A stretch of 64,000 bases of DNA from the human T2T-CHM13v2.0 reference genome, Homo sapiens (GCF_009914755.1 NC_060930.1); one strand, 5' to 3'; counted from the stretch's first letter, positions 1-19,590 are shown. A program made the numbers and translations. The notes: generated by a model not told the origin, from the sequence alone.

Positions 1-2565
<2,565 letters not shown>

Positions 2566-2584
2566 CCCACCCGCCGCCGGCCCC

Positions 2585-2593
2585 AATATGGCG
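2585..2593 (+). promoter_or_regulatory. YY1 motif
   Basis: AATATGGCG matches the AANATGGCG consensus, next to the presumed TSS. Confidence 0.65.
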
Positions 2594-2633
2594 TCAATAA
2601 CAACGCCGCCGATTCAAATCCGGCGGCCTCAGA

Positions 2634-2657
2634 GCGCTTGCGCACGGGGGCGGGCCA
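2634..2657. promoter_or_regulatory. NRF1 motif followed by a GC box (SP/KLF)
   Basis: GCGCTTGCGCA (2634-2644) is followed by GGGGCGGGCC. Confidence 0.7.
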
Positions 2658-2667
2658 AACCGGGGAT

Positions 2668-2686
2668 GCATTTTGGGAGTTGTAGT
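2668..2686 (-). promoter_or_regulatory. ZNF143/THAP11 (SBS) motif
   Basis: The reverse complement ACTACAACTCCCAAAATGC matches ACTACAnnTCCCAnnATGC. Confidence 0.8.
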
Positions 2687-2740
2687 TTTTAGGTACCGGG
2701 AGGAATCGGCTTGAAAGGCGGGAAGGGAGGAGTCACAGAA

Positions 2741-2760
2741 ACTACGACTTCCGTCATGCA
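2741..2760 (+). promoter_or_regulatory. Second, divergently oriented SBS-like motif overlapping an ETS core
   Basis: ACTACGACTTCCGTCATGCA is a degenerate SBS. ACTTCCG is the ETS/GABPA core. Confidence 0.55.
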
Positions 2761-3490
2761 AGGCGCGCGATTCCGAGTTCCGGGTTGGAATTTAAATCCC
2801 CCTACACAGCTTGAGTGTAAGAGGAACTAAGCAAAAGAGAAAAAAAGAGAAGGTTCTGAGACAGTGGGAGATGGGAAAGCGAACCCGTGGCAAAAGCAGG
2901 CTAAGCGACATAGAAATCTTTTAAGATTCTCCGTATAGTTGCTCCCACAGTGATTTCAGATCTGGGAAATATAATAAACCAATCTCTAGTCAAAGTTAGC
3001 TTAATTTCGGTAGCGACAGTACCCAAAACAAGACCTTTCACATGGAGAGGATAGGAGATAATGAGATTATGAAACCTATTTAGGACTGGCAGACAGAACA
3101 ACAGTAATAGTATCAGGTTACAGGATCCTTGATTCAACTCGATGCTCTACCCTTCGGAGGTAGCTGCTTCATCCACTAATGAAATTCTGTAAAGCCAGCT
3201 TTGCTTCTGTAAATGAATAGGACTTGAACGACTTACAGAATCAAATTGTTTTGCGTTGGGTAAAAAGCAAGTGGTATCAGACATTGCATTACTTCTGTTG
3301 AATATTGGTGCATATATTGTGAACTTTGTTACAAAACTAATCAAAAGACAGTGAAATGTTTAGGTAATAGATATTGGATGGATCCATTTTGTAAGCGGAG
3401 GGGGAAAAAAGTGTTTCTAGAAGTTGTACTTTTAGTCACATACCTAAAATAAGAATCAAATACAGCGCTAATTTAGAAAGTGATCTGTGT

Positions 3491-4101
<611 letters not shown>

Positions 4102-4562
4102 GTGATATATGTAGAAACTATCACCAGTGCAATATGAAACAATTTTGTGAATGCCAACTGTCAAATGATTATAAATACTGATTTCCAGTGCTCATGTATT
4201 CTTCTTTATTCAGTAACAGATGTTTTATAGCCATTTTGTCTATTATTTTTAAACCATATTTAGAAGTAGTTCAATATATTCTTTTTTATAGACAATTTTA
4301 TAGAATTGTCCAGTGCTTCAGAGATCAGCAGTCCTGATCACACTGTGTCAACAAGTAAGCCCTTCTAGTTTTAATTTAGGATATTTGGAAATATCCTACA
4401 TTTCCTACATTTGGAAAATCTTTTGAAAAAGATAAGCATTTAATGAAACAGCAGCTTAACTAAGACACCTACTAGGTAAATTTCTAGTAAATTCTAAACA
4501 CTTGGTAATATTTTCTGAAATTAAGATTTGCCCATAAGTTATAAAACCTACATTTGAAATGT

Positions 4563-5388
<826 letters not shown>

Positions 5389-5454
5389 AGAGAGGATTGT
5401 GGTTATCAGGCTATCATTTGAAATATACCAGAATGCCTAGAAAATGAGGAAAGT

Positions 5455-5592
5455 ATTTTTTTGTTTAATTGTGGAGACAGAGGTCTAAGTTGCCGAGGAT
5501 GGTCTCAAACTCCTGGCCTCAAGTGATCCTCCCACTAGCATTACAGGCTAGCATTACAGACTAGCATTACAGGCCGAGCCACTGCACCCAGT
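5455..5592 (-). mobile_element. Alu left monomer/FLAM with an internal 13-bp triplication
   Basis: GGTCTCAAACTCCTGGCCTCAAGTGATCCTCCC, then (CTAGCATTACAGR)x3 at 5535-5573. Confidence 0.85.
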
Positions 5593-5859
5593 CAGCAAAG
5601 TGTTGTTGTACTTAAAGGTGGTGGGGGATATCTGGTAAACTTGATAGTTTAGTCATAATAGTTGCCTGTGTGGTCACCGCTGCACAGTATATTTGCAAAA
5701 GGCTGTCAAGATTAAACAGTGACAGGGCTGGGGTGCCTCCCCTTCTACCAATGACTCAGGAAGCTACTTCAGAAACTAAAAAGACAAGGGAGACCCTTCC
5801 CTATTCACCTATGTCTTTGCTTAGGCTCTCTGCTCCACACTTCTTGCCTGACTACTTAT

Positions 5860-6092
5860 ATTTTAAGACTCAAGCCAGGCATTAACTCCTCCAGGAAGCC
5901 CTCCGCAGTGTTTCAAAGCCAAGTTAGTTTTATAGCCTCACAGAGAAAGAGACACCTATCTGCATATTTTCATCATTATCCTCACCACACTGCAATAAAA
6001 TTCTGTTCATGAATCTGCCTCTCCTGTCATTGTGTTAGCTCCTTACCAATAGTATAATACCTTGCACGCTTCAGTAAATGTCCACTGAATAT
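5860..6092 (+). mobile_element. L2 3' fragment
   Basis: CTCCTCCAGGAAGCCCTCC...TTCAGTAAATGTCCACTGAAT resembles the L2 3' end. Confidence 0.55.
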
Positions 6093-6289
6093 TTCTTAAA
6101 CATTTTTTATCACACTATCCCTAGTAGCCCACATTATCCTTGTTCCTTTATAGATCTGCTAAAATACTATAGCAACCCTTTTAGAGTAGAAGGAAGCTGT
6201 TGAAAAAAAAAAAACCTACAAAAGTATTTATTAGGCTAAACTTGAAAATAAAGATAATACTTAAAAGCCGTAAGTCATGACATAGTATA

Positions 6290-6860
6290 TTTTACTTTTA
6301 TTTTTTAGAGACAGGGACTTGGTCTGTCACCCAGGCTGGGGTGCAGTGACACAATCAAGGCACACTGCTGCCTCGACCTCCTGGACTCAAGTGATCCTCC
6401 TGCCTCAGCCTCCCAAGTAGCTAGGACTACAACCTTGCACTACCATACCCAGCTAATTTTTAAATTTTTTGTAGAGACAGGGTCTCAGTACATTGCCCAG
6501 GTTGGTCTTGAACTCCAGGCCTGAAGCCATCCTCCCACCTCGGCTTCCCAAAGTGCTGGGATTACAAGTGTAAGCCACCACAATATATTTGAAAAATGAA
6601 TTTATTTTGTTGATCAAGAAGAAAAAGACAGCAGACCTTAAGATGGGAGACGGGGGGAAGGAAGTACTAAAGAGGAAAAAGAGCTGAGGGCAGTGACTCA
6701 TGCCTGTAGTCCCAGCACTTTGGGAGGCCAAGGCAGGGAGGAGGTCAGGAGTTCGGGACCAGCCTGGGCAACATAGCAAGACCCCCATATCTACAAAAAA
6801 TAAAAATGTTTAAAAAAAGAAAAAGAAAAAAGGAAAGAAAAAATAAGAAAAAGAAAACTA
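6290..6860. mobile_element. AluJ (minus, 6290-6581) and Alu monomer with A-rich tail (plus, 6682-6860)
   Basis: Alu consensus matches on opposite strands. Confidence 0.88.
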
Positions 6861-7834
6861 TATTTAACACATTAATAAGTTGAATCAGGTCACATGAATC
6901 TAAATATACTGTACAGCTAATGGCTCCAGTGACCTACACAGACCAGAATTGCTCTTGTTGTAACTAAAAAGCCTGTAACAAGTTTTAAAGGTTTAACATA
7001 TTTAGAATAGTTTTACCATGACCTAGCAAGTATTTTCTGATTTGTACAATCTCAGAAGCCTCTGAAGAAAATTAAACTATTTTACCAAGATACTGGTCTT
7101 GCTTGGTATTAGACTTTCCTAACACCTCCCAAAATATTCTCCAGGATCTGATTCTGATGAGTCATTCTTTGACTAAAGCCAATAAAAGTAGACATAGCTG
7201 GGTAACATAAGACCTCATCATCCTGAGCCTGAAGATTGTCTGCTTATATTAAATCATTTTCAAACAATTTTTTTCTGATGTCAAATAAAGATAAATGCAA
7301 ATATATAAGGTGTGGGGAGGTGTTTGCTGACTTCTCATACTGAGTTTGAATAATCATAGGCTCAGCATTAGGAACGGCAGTTCTAATTCAGGAGCCACTT
7401 CAAATCTATATTCAGAACAAGGATTGTCTAGGGCAGAAAAATTGTTTAATCGTTGTGTAAATGAGTGCAGTTAGGGAAGAAGAGACATTGTAATTCCTTC
7501 TGCATAAGATTTTGCAAGCTGGCCCAAATCTCTTCTAAGCACCATATTTGGAATACACAGTACTTTCTGTTGTAGATATGATACTGACTAATTTTTCAGT
7601 TTTCATAATTTTGGATGTGGTCATTATTTTGAGTCGATTGGGTAGATCACAGAGTAAGCAGAACCATATATCTGCCAGTTATTTCAAGAGGTCACCTAGT
7701 GCGATCCAGTCTCAAGGCAAGATTACCTGTTAACTACTCAAGCCAGACCAGTATCTGACTCTCCCCAAAGATTGTCAAGAACATTCAGCATCCCGTTCAA
7801 GTGTAAAAAACACAATTGCAAATTCTTTTATCAA

Positions 7835-7899
7835 TTCAGTTGGCGCAAAAGTAATTACAGTTTTTGCCATTACTTTTAATTACTTTTGCACCAACCTAA
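7835..7899. mobile_element. MADE1 (Hsmar1-derived MITE), internally deleted
   Basis: TTGGCGCAAAAGTAATTACAGTTTTTGCCATTACTTTTAAT...TACTTTTGCACCAACCTAA followed by TA. Confidence 0.9.
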
Positions 7900-8036
7900 T
7901 ATAGCTTTCACCTCTTCATCAGCGACTGAGTTCTCCTTATACAATGCCCTATGCACTCCAGGAAATAAACCATGATTCACTTAGCCTGAGGAACGTTGAA
8001 AAGAAATTACAGGATAATCTCTGGCAGTCACATTAA

Positions 8037-8387
<351 letters not shown>

Positions 8388-8755
8388 GAAGTCCTTATTT
8401 TTAAATTTGCATACTTTTCTTAAGTATGTGCCCTCAAGTACCTGCACCCTTCTTCAAAAACTGTTTACTCTTAACTTGACAGAAAATTCAAATGTGCTTG
8501 GGGATCTTATTTTCCAGTCCAAACCAACTGGAAGAATATACTAGGAGAGAGAAAAGAGAATTAAAGGTGCTATACACTGGCTACAACAAGCAGTAGAATC
8601 ATTGGATAGCAATAAAAGAGACTGTCAAAAATAACTACAGAATTGAAAAAGAACAACAACGTTGAGACACCTCCCTGTCAGGACAATTAGCCCTATCGCG
8701 GCTCAACTGCAGCTGAGGCTCCCTTGTATTATTATAATATCATATATAACAGTGG

Positions 8756-9058
8756 TAGGGTTGCCAGATTTAACAAAAATATAAGATGCCCAAATTCAAA
8801 TTCAGTTTGAATTTCAGATTAACAAGGAATAATTTGTTAGTATAAATATGTCACAGGCTGGAATGCAGTGGCCCATGCCTGTGACCCCAACACTTTGGGA
8901 GACTGAGGCAAGAGTATTGCTTGCGCCAGGAGTTTCAGACCAGCCTGGGCAATATAGTGAGACCCTATCTCTATTTTTTAAGAAAGTCACAAATATTGCA
9001 TGTATTTAGCTGAAATCCAGATTTTACTGGGTACCCTGTATTTTATCTGGCAACCCTA
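8756..9058. mobile_element. MER53 (palindromic hAT MITE) interrupted by a FLAM/Alu monomer at about 8856-8980
   Basis: Terminal inverted repeats TAGGGTTGCCAGAT...ATCTGGCAACCCTA, with internal TTTGAATTTCAGAT. Confidence 0.88.
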
Positions 9059-9166
9059 AGTAAGGAGCACAAGACAGTGACCATGAATCATCAAGAAAAG
9101 CACAAACTATGTTTAGTATGCAGTTCAAAAAATGTGTAACAAACATGATATTAGAAAATATTCTGC

Positions 9167-9928
9167 CCGGCCATCAGAGAAATGCAAATCAAAACCACAA
9201 TGAGATACCATCTCACACCAGTTAGAATGGCAATCATTAAAAAGTCAGGAAACAACAGGTGCTGGAGAGGATATGGAGAAATAGGAACACTTTTACACTG
9301 TTGGTGGGACTGTAAACTAGTTCAACCATTGTGGAAGACAGTGTGGCAATTCCTCAGGGATCTAGAACTAGAAATACCATTTGACCCAGCCATCCCATTT
9401 CTGGGTATATACCCAAAGGATTATAAGTCATGCTGCTATAAAGACACATACACACGTATGTTTATTGCAGCACCATTCACAATAGCAAAGTCTTGGAAGC
9501 AAGCCAAATGTCCAACAATGATAGACTGGATTAAGAAAATGTGGCACATATACACCTTGGAATACTATGCAGCCATAAAAAAGGATGAGTTCATGTCCTT
9601 TGTAGGGACATGGATGAAGCTGGAAACCATCATTCTTAGCAAACTATCGCAAGGACAAAAAACCAAACACCATATGTTCTCACTCATAGGTGGGAATTGA
9701 ACAGTGAGAACACTTGGACACAGGAAGGGGAACATCACACACCGGGGCCTGTTGTGGGGTGGGGGAGGGTGGAGGGATAGCATTAGGAGATATACCTAAT
9801 ATAAATGACGAGTTAATGGGTGCAGCACACCAACATGGCACATGTATACATATGTAACAAGCCTGCATGTTGTGCACATGTACCCTAAAACTTAAAGTAT
9901 AATTTTAAAAAATAATAATAATAATAAA
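9167..9928 (+). mobile_element. 5'-truncated L1PA (L1PA3-5-like): ORF2 C-terminus, 3' UTR and A-rich tail
   Basis: ORF 9182-9700 ([30 protein letters not shown]...SLIGGN) is the L1 ORF2p C-terminus. It is followed by the G-rich 3' UTR and ACTTAAAGTATAAT. TSD AGAAAATAT(T/C)CT. Confidence 0.96.
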
Positions 9929-9940
9929 AGAAAATATCCT

Positions 9941-10248
<308 letters not shown>

Positions 10249-12210
10249 AGAAAATATCCCATAGAAGGTATTTAAGATTCAGATAATTTAAAGTTTCAGT
10301 TGTTTGGAAAGTTAAATACATGAAATACTTTGGACCATGCATGTTCTATTCACTGCAGAGTGCCAGCTATAAACTAAACAGTAAACATTTGATGAATAAT
10401 GAAAAGCTTCACACACTATCTCCCCATTGGTGGGGGACCTCAAGCCCCTAAAGGTTGTCTCTAGCCCCGCCTCATCATTTAGTTTTAGAATTCCCTCACA
10501 CCTTCTACTGCAGCTGTCTGTTCCGTTGTCTTGCTTAAGTCCAAGCCTGACTCAGAATTGGTGTCACTGTCTGTGTCAGGCTCTCGTTCCCTCTTGTGCC
10601 TTTTGTCCTGTGGTTCCATGATGCCACCACAAACCTTCTCTGATGAGGCTTTTTGAGAGAATGAGATGATGCCTGCACTTCCCCAATATTTTGGGCTTCC
10701 TCTGCAAGCCCATTGTTATAAGGGTTAGCCAGGTGCATGGTGTGAAGGAAATGATAAAAGAGGCTCAACTCTTACCCCAGGAGCAGCTTTCCTAACCCCA
10801 CCCACTGATAACAAGCATCACCTTGGGACTGATTATTGGTCCCTTGCAGTCCTCAGGGCTTGTGTTAAAGTTAGGGCTTTATAGAGTACTCAAAAAATTG
10901 CTAGATTTTATCTGAAACTTGTGTGCCACAGTTTGTTATATATTGTGGCCAGATGAGTACAAGGAATTGTCCCCATCTTGTACTTAAAGGAGACAGTTCA
11001 CACTCCTGGTATGGTTTGCCTCTGAGTAGTGGGGTCATGGAGTGGGTCCATGGGAATAAGACATTCCTACCTTCAAAGCTTACTTTCTATCTTACAAGCT
11101 TGTCTGAAAATTCTTTTTCAAAAGTCCCATTTATCATAATAATTTGGAAAAATAAAATACAATTTTTTTTCTGGAGAAAAAAAGTCATCCCAGTTACCAT
11201 CAATCTGGAAATTAAAAGCCAGTACATCACACGATACTGTCTAGTGCATAATAAACCCTTAGTTAGCCATGTCTATTATTATCATGCTAAGGAAAACTCC
11301 AAAATCTCCCCAAGCCTTTTTGTCTATTAGATTGCCTACAGTCCAGTTACGGCTGCTGAGGTCCAGTTTCTGAGCCAGCTGCCCCCACCACATACACACC
11401 CAAGCAGAATGCTGCCAATGACTTTTATTCAATTTTGTCTTCCTCCTGGGTAGTGAGTTTAATTCTCACCTCTGACTGCCTTTCTAGGATGTTCCTTATT
11501 ATCTTCTATTGTGTTTCAAAGACTTCTTACATGTCTTCGCAAAGAAGAGTGGGAGTTCAGACTCAAAACTGTCAAACTAATATTCCCAACCATTCTCCAG
11601 CTGACATTCCAATTCTAATGGAGTCTCAACTTTTAATGTTTTGGTCATGCACAATTGTCAATTTAAAAATTCACAACCCTTCTGAAAGAAAGTCCATGAG
11701 TATTCATTGAGAAGAGAATCAGCCAGCCCAATTGAATGTTCTCTGATAAGCATGCAGTACAGGAGTAGTGACTGTCAGGATTATGGCCTAATTTCCAACC
11801 TCTAAAACCTACTGTGCCTTTTAGGTTACAACAGAAGATAATAGTGATTGGGTTCATTAAATCTGTGTGTTGGCAGTTTATTTTGGAATATGAAAAGTGA
11901 CGTGAAAGATGAGATTGGGGTGCACACAAAAATTATTTTGAACACCTAGAGTAGTCTTTCTTGTTTAAACAACCATGTACTGCGAGTCTGCTATGTCTAA
12001 GACACTGTTTGACAACACGGAGGCTAGCAAGATGAAGAAGACACTGCCCCTCCCTTACGCTTATAGTCTAGTGGAGGAGAAATGTACACAAATATCACTA
12101 GCGAGAGTGCAAAAGAGGGAACTCAGATAACATCTAAAGTTCCCAATCAGTGCAGTTGGGTTTTAGGGTGTGTGTCACTTTAATCCTGCCTAGATAGGTG
12201 AGTTACAGCC

Positions 12211-12272
12211 TAGGTTGGCAATATGTGAGGGGAATATGGCAAAACCTGCAATGACTTTTGCACCAACCTAAT
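12211..12272. mobile_element. MADE1 remnant (right TIR well preserved)
   Basis: ATGGCAAAACCTGCAATGACTTTTGCACCAACCTAA-TA at 12236-12272. A decayed left end TAGGTTGG lies at 12211. Confidence 0.8.
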
Positions 12273-12571
12273 AAAAGTTATTGTTTACAGAGGATCCCAC
12301 CATGGCCCAGGTGTGTTCTCAGCTTATCCTAATAAAAATCCTACATGGTCATAGTGTTAATCCCATTTTACTATTGAATTTGTGGCTCATGCCTAAGGTC
12401 ACACAGTCTAAAATGGAGCAGAGTAGAGACTATTACTTTCTATCACAGGGGTCATGTCTTAGTTATTAGTTATCTTAGTATCTCTGTGGCCTCACAGAGG
12501 GCTTGCCACACACCTGAGGACCGTGGCATAGTGTCACTGACACATCTGCCAAGAAGTTAAGTGAACTAGAG

Positions 12572-12720
12572 CAGAGCTTCTCAAATTTAAGATGCCTGTG
12601 AGTCACCTGGGGGATCTTGTTATAATGCAGATTTGGATTCTACCAGGTGATGCCAATGGTGTCCTACCAGGTGATGCCATTGCTTCCCCTGGTCTATGGT
12701 TCACATTTTGAGTGTCAAGG
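12572..12720. mobile_element. MER5A/B (hAT-Charlie MITE) with an internal 16-bp duplication
   Basis: CAGAGCTTCTCAAA...GTCACCTGGGGGATCTTGTTATAATGCAGATT...CACATTTTGAGT. CTACCAGGTGATGCCA occurs at 12640 and 12664. Confidence 0.75.
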
Positions 12721-13010
12721 AACCAAGAGGAATGAAAGGAACCTGAACTTCTGTCTATTTAGGTGAAGTAAAAGATGTGGTTAATATAATTTGGGAATGA
12801 TTTTTAGTGATCTGTAGGTAAGTGCTAGCTGTTTTAGAGAAAAGATGAAAGACATTACTTAGAAAAGGCAAATAAGTCATGTGGACCATGTCATTTCACA
12901 ATACTCTTGGAGAACTCAATCACTTAGAACAGAAACGTGATACTGCAATAATCAATCATCTTTTAAAGCTTGGTACTCAAGTGTTAGGTTCCATGGAGAA
13001 ACAAAACAGT

Positions 13011-13705
<695 letters not shown>

Positions 13706-13820
13706 TTAACCACTTCTACTTATTTCCATTATGATGCTCTGTAAAATTTAATCCATCTCCTTCCTTCAGAGTTTCTTTACCACCCAAGTCAACAGTGTGA
13801 AACGTGCCTTTAGGATCTTA

Positions 13821-13860
13821 TTAGGTTGGTGCAAAGGTAAATGTGGTTTTTGCCATGAAA
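13821..13860. mobile_element. MADE1/Hsmar1 left TIR half
   Basis: TA-TTAGGTTGGTGCAAAGGTAAATGTGGTTTTTGCCAT. Confidence 0.85.
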
Positions 13861-14074
13861 AAATTTAAATAGTAGTATACAAGGTGTTTGTTTCAAGTGT
13901 ACATATCAGCATTTAACATAGAGAATTGCTATTTCCTTCATGACTTTTTGTTTCATCACAAATAAGGAATAACAAGAAAGTAGTGAAGCAAGACTCTATT
14001 AATTGTGTATACCTAGGCTTTCAATTAACAATATGTACATTTTTTGTAATTTATCTTTTCCTGTCTTTCCTCTG

Positions 14075-14364
14075 ATTTTTTTTGTTTTGTTTTGTTTCAC
14101 TCTGTCACCCTCTGGAGTTCAGTGGTCCCATTTTGGCTCACTGCAGTCTCAACCTCCTGGGCTCAAGCAATTCTCTTACCTCATACATGCCACTACACCC
14201 AGCTAATTTATTTATTTTTTATTTTATTTTTATTTTTTTTTCAGAGAGAGACAGGGTTTTGGTCATGTTGGCCAGGCTGGTCTTGAACTGCTGAGCTCAA
14301 GCAATCTGCCTACCTCGGCCTCCCAAAGTGCTGGGATTATAGGCATGAGCCACTGTACCCGGCC
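14075..14364 (-). mobile_element. AluJ
   Basis: Diverged reverse-strand Alu dimer. Confidence 0.9.
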
Positions 14365-14614
14365 TGCCTCTGATTATATTTATTAAAATATATGTCTATT
14401 GAATCAAATAATAAAAAATATGGGCTTATATTTCATATTTTCTCTTTTTTATTTCTTTTTTCTAGTAATTAATTTTGTTCTATTTACTAAATTATTGGTA
14501 AATATGGATTGGGGAAAAAATCTGTTCCTTCAGGTAGTTTGAGAAAAATTTCTCTATAGTAGTGTAGCTGCCTGTTAATGACTACCACCATCAAAGCCAG
14601 CATGGTGAAAAAGA

Positions 14615-15630
14615 ACACTATTAGCTAATATATACAGAGTGTTGACTGTGTGCCAGGCACTGTTCTGAGGGCTTTATGTGTATTAACTCATTTACTCTTA
14701 TAAATTAGCTGCTATTGTATCATTCTTTTACTGATGAGAAAACTGAGACATAGAGAGGTTGAGTCCCTTGCCCAAGGTCACACAACACTGAAGTGGCAAA
14801 GCCCAGTTCTAGAGTCCATGCCCTTACCCACAAGGGGATATAAGACACAGATTGTAGTCATAGTTCACGTAATAGCTGCAGGCTTAGGTGACTCATTTAA
14901 CCCCTGTGGGAAAAGAAAAGAAAGAATTAGAAAACATAACAAAAGCTACATGGCAGAGTCCTTACATTGTGCCAGGCATTGAGCTTAGTGCTTACATGCA
15001 TGATCTCACTGTCTCCTAAGTGTGGGGTGATACAGGAAATGGCTTCAGGTAGTTGATGGTTTAGTGGCACATGGGCTAGGCAGAAATCAAATTGCATCAC
15101 ATATTGAGAAAGCCGTTCCTTCTTCAAGCCTCTGACTCCTAATTACACCTGGCAGAGAGTCTCCCTTTGGTGCAGGTCTTGAATGACTTTCTAACATCAA
15201 CTTACTTCCTTTTGTTATAAAAAAAGAGTAGGCCTTAGGCTTAACACTTTCTCAGGCAACAAGTTCTTTAATTTTCATTGCACCTTCAATTTAGGGCAAG
15301 TAGTGTTGCATTTATAACAGTGATATAAAATTTCCTTTTAAAACATTTATTGAAGTTTAAAAAGTGAGCAACAGAAAAACACCAAGAGGATAATAGTATA
15401 GGTCTTACACGGACTTGGCAAATGTTATGACTAAGGAAGTTTGGAAAATACTACATTATCTTTCAAAAACTCAGTAAGGTAGGTACTATTCTCTATTTCT
15501 AGGTAGGAGATCTGGAATTTAGAAAAGTTCAGTAACCTTCCCAAGGCCACTCTGTAGGAAGTTGAGGAGCTGAGCTTCAAACCTGGAAGTGTCTGCTTCC
15601 AAAATCAGTGCCCTTGACCATGTATTGCCT
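14615..15630 (-). mobile_element. Several MIR fragments (about 14615-14830, 14945-15140, 15400-15630)
   Basis: MIR core ATGAGAAAACTGAGACATAGAGAGGTT...CTTGCCCAAGGTCACACA and variants of it. Confidence 0.7.
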
Positions 15631-15716
15631 CCTTAAGATGATGACTATGTATGTTTCCTGCCAGGACTAGCACTCCAGACTGCGTATATGTCATGATTTG
15701 AAAGAACAGTTATCAA

Positions 15717-16170
15717 ACAGTTATTAAAGTGTGGTCCTTTCAGGCGGTCCTCTGGGTAAAGGTATTTTCACCAAATACTAAGATGTCATTTGTGTCTTTC
15801 ACTCGTTTGCTCACCAGTGTATCGGGGAGTTTTCTAGAAGCTATGTGACATGTGATATATCACAACACATTGAGTACAGAACCACAGATGTGAATCCAAC
15901 TGTCTTCTCTTATGCTGGACATTAAAAAGACTTGCAGAAACATACATGATGCCATTCTTCTCAGTAAATCTTTTTTGTTTGTTCATTTGTTTTGGAAAAC
16001 ACAGGTTTTTTTAAAGTCATTTTTGTTAACATGTCATGGGTTTATTGTTATTTTTAAATGAATTAGTAAATACTTGAAACATTTATCCATCTTAATTTCT
16101 AAAACAATAAACATCAATACAATATAGCCCACATAAACAAGTTTTTGGGGGTTGTCAAGAACATAAAGGG
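15717..16170. mobile_element. hAT-Charlie DNA transposon relic (Charlie4a-like); its end reappears at about 17095-17116 after the Alu cluster
   Basis: AAAGTGTGGTCC start, GAATCCAACTGTCTTCT...GACATTAAAAAGACTTGCA, and TGTAAAGGGGTC. Confidence 0.65.
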
Positions 16171-17300
<1,130 letters not shown>

Positions 17301-18514
17301 GTAAAAAAGTCTTAAGATGAATATGTGATAGAATAATATTTTTAATAATTAATGGTAACTTTTTTCTCCCATATTTCCACCCTTCTTTTTCTCTCCCACT
17401 CCATTCCATTCAAGCATGTATTCCTTGCATCACATTCGAGCACGTGATTCATTGCTTCAGAAGAGGAACATTACCAAGTGGAAAGCAGAAATGGTTTCTA
17501 GCTTTTGTGTTTCCAAAAAGCCTAAACCTATTAAGCGAATTATGCCCAGTGCTTTGAGGCAGTAATAACAAAATGGAGCAAGTGCCACTGAGAAAAAATA
17601 GCAGCAGTATTGAGAGAGGGCAGCTTTCCCAGGACTAGAAAAATATTTCTAACTTCCTGAGAGTGGGTGTAGGGAAGAACAAAGACAAGAGGGAGATTAG
17701 GGGATCAAAAACGAGAGGACTGGGCTGAAGAGGCCAGGAAGACAGAAACCAGACACATCTCAGCTACAGTGGGCCATCTTCCAGAGTCCAGGAGCCACCT
17801 GGGAGCTGGGAACTGCCATTGCCTAAATCCAGAGTCTCTGAGAGCCAGCTATTCCCTCTCCATGTTCATGACTGTCTGCAGGAGTAACACCATTTGCCTC
17901 ATGCAACCTGAACAACTGCACCTTCAAAACATCCTTAGCCCATCAGAAGCCCAAGTAAGAGTAGCTGGGGTCCTGGATACCCAGAGGTTTGGTGAAAGTC
18001 AAGTGGAAATCAGCTCTAGAGTTCATATGGGGGGATTCTGCCTGGAATAAGCTGTAGGTCCACCCTGAGCTGGGAGAGCAGTTCAACATACCAGAATATT
18101 AGGATCACCAGACAGACCTGCTGGGAGTCTATAGCAAATAAGGGCCTATGCTGTGTTCTAACAGAAGCGCCAACTGATTGTATAATAGTTGATTGAGGTC
18201 AGCTTACAAGTGAGTTTTCCTGGTCCAGTATAGGGGATTTGCTTTGGTTGGTTGTTCTCATCAGAGTGCTTTTGGGAAGAAAAAACTCTGCAGGCCCACT
18301 GTCTTTCTTCACATCTAGCCCCTTCACTCATTAACATTCCTGCCTGGCCCCTGAGGACATCTAAATTTTCTGAGCCCTCCTATGCAAAGTGCTCGACCTA
18401 CAATAGGGGGATTCCTTGACATGAAACCCTGACACTATACAAAATCACAAATACATGCATTTTTCTAAGGAGCAAGTCTTAGCTTTCATCAACTACTCAA
18501 AGGAGTGTCTGATA

Positions 18515-19010
<496 letters not shown>

Positions 19011-19399
19011 TATAGAGGACATAGACCACAGGGGGGATGGGAAGCCTGTGTCTAAGGGAAGACAGTGTAGAGAGGAGAGTGAGTACACCTTTGTTAAACC
19101 CAGCCCATCTTTAGGACGTACCTGCACAACCTTCAGAGCTTGCTTACTCAACAAAGGGTCCCGGCATAAACCTCACACTGGAAGTGGGCAGGGAGGCTGC
19201 GCTGCCTGTGGCCAGAAATGTGCTAGCTGCTAGGTTATTAGTGTACCTCCTGTTCTAAGAAAGACAAGGATCTGAAGGTGGTAGTAAGAGGGCGCCTGAA
19301 GTCGTAATCTTGGAGACCACGATTCTGCCCTAGAAGCCAATGTCCCCTAAGTTCTGGGCTGTAGTCGCCAAGCTGGCCTGGAGCAGGAGGTATAGCAGA

Positions 19400-19590
19400 A
19401 TCAGACAGCAGAAACTGGAAACCTGCTCCTCCACTTTCTAGCTGAGTGTTCTTGGGCAACTTACTAAACCTCCCTAAGCCATCATTTCCTTTTCTGTCAA
19501 ATTGAGCAATAATATACGCACTATGGTCAAATAATTAATGTATGCAAAGCACTTAGCAAGTACATAGTGAGTGCTCAATAAACAGAGCCA
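19400..19590 (+). mobile_element. MIR
   Basis: CTTGGGCAACTTACTAAACCTC...AAAGCACTTAGC...GTGCTCAATAAA. Confidence 0.72.

Noticed and set aside
9182-9700. 172-aa ORF with a real ATG
   Set aside because: It is the C-terminus of L1 ORF2p in a 5'-truncated, promoterless L1PA, not a host gene.
10535-10768. Minus-strand ORF containing PYNNGLAE, reminiscent of the integrase SNGLAER motif
   Set aside because: A five-residue resemblance with no DDE context, LTRs or other pol sequence is most likely chance. A Dfam or tBLASTn search would settle it.
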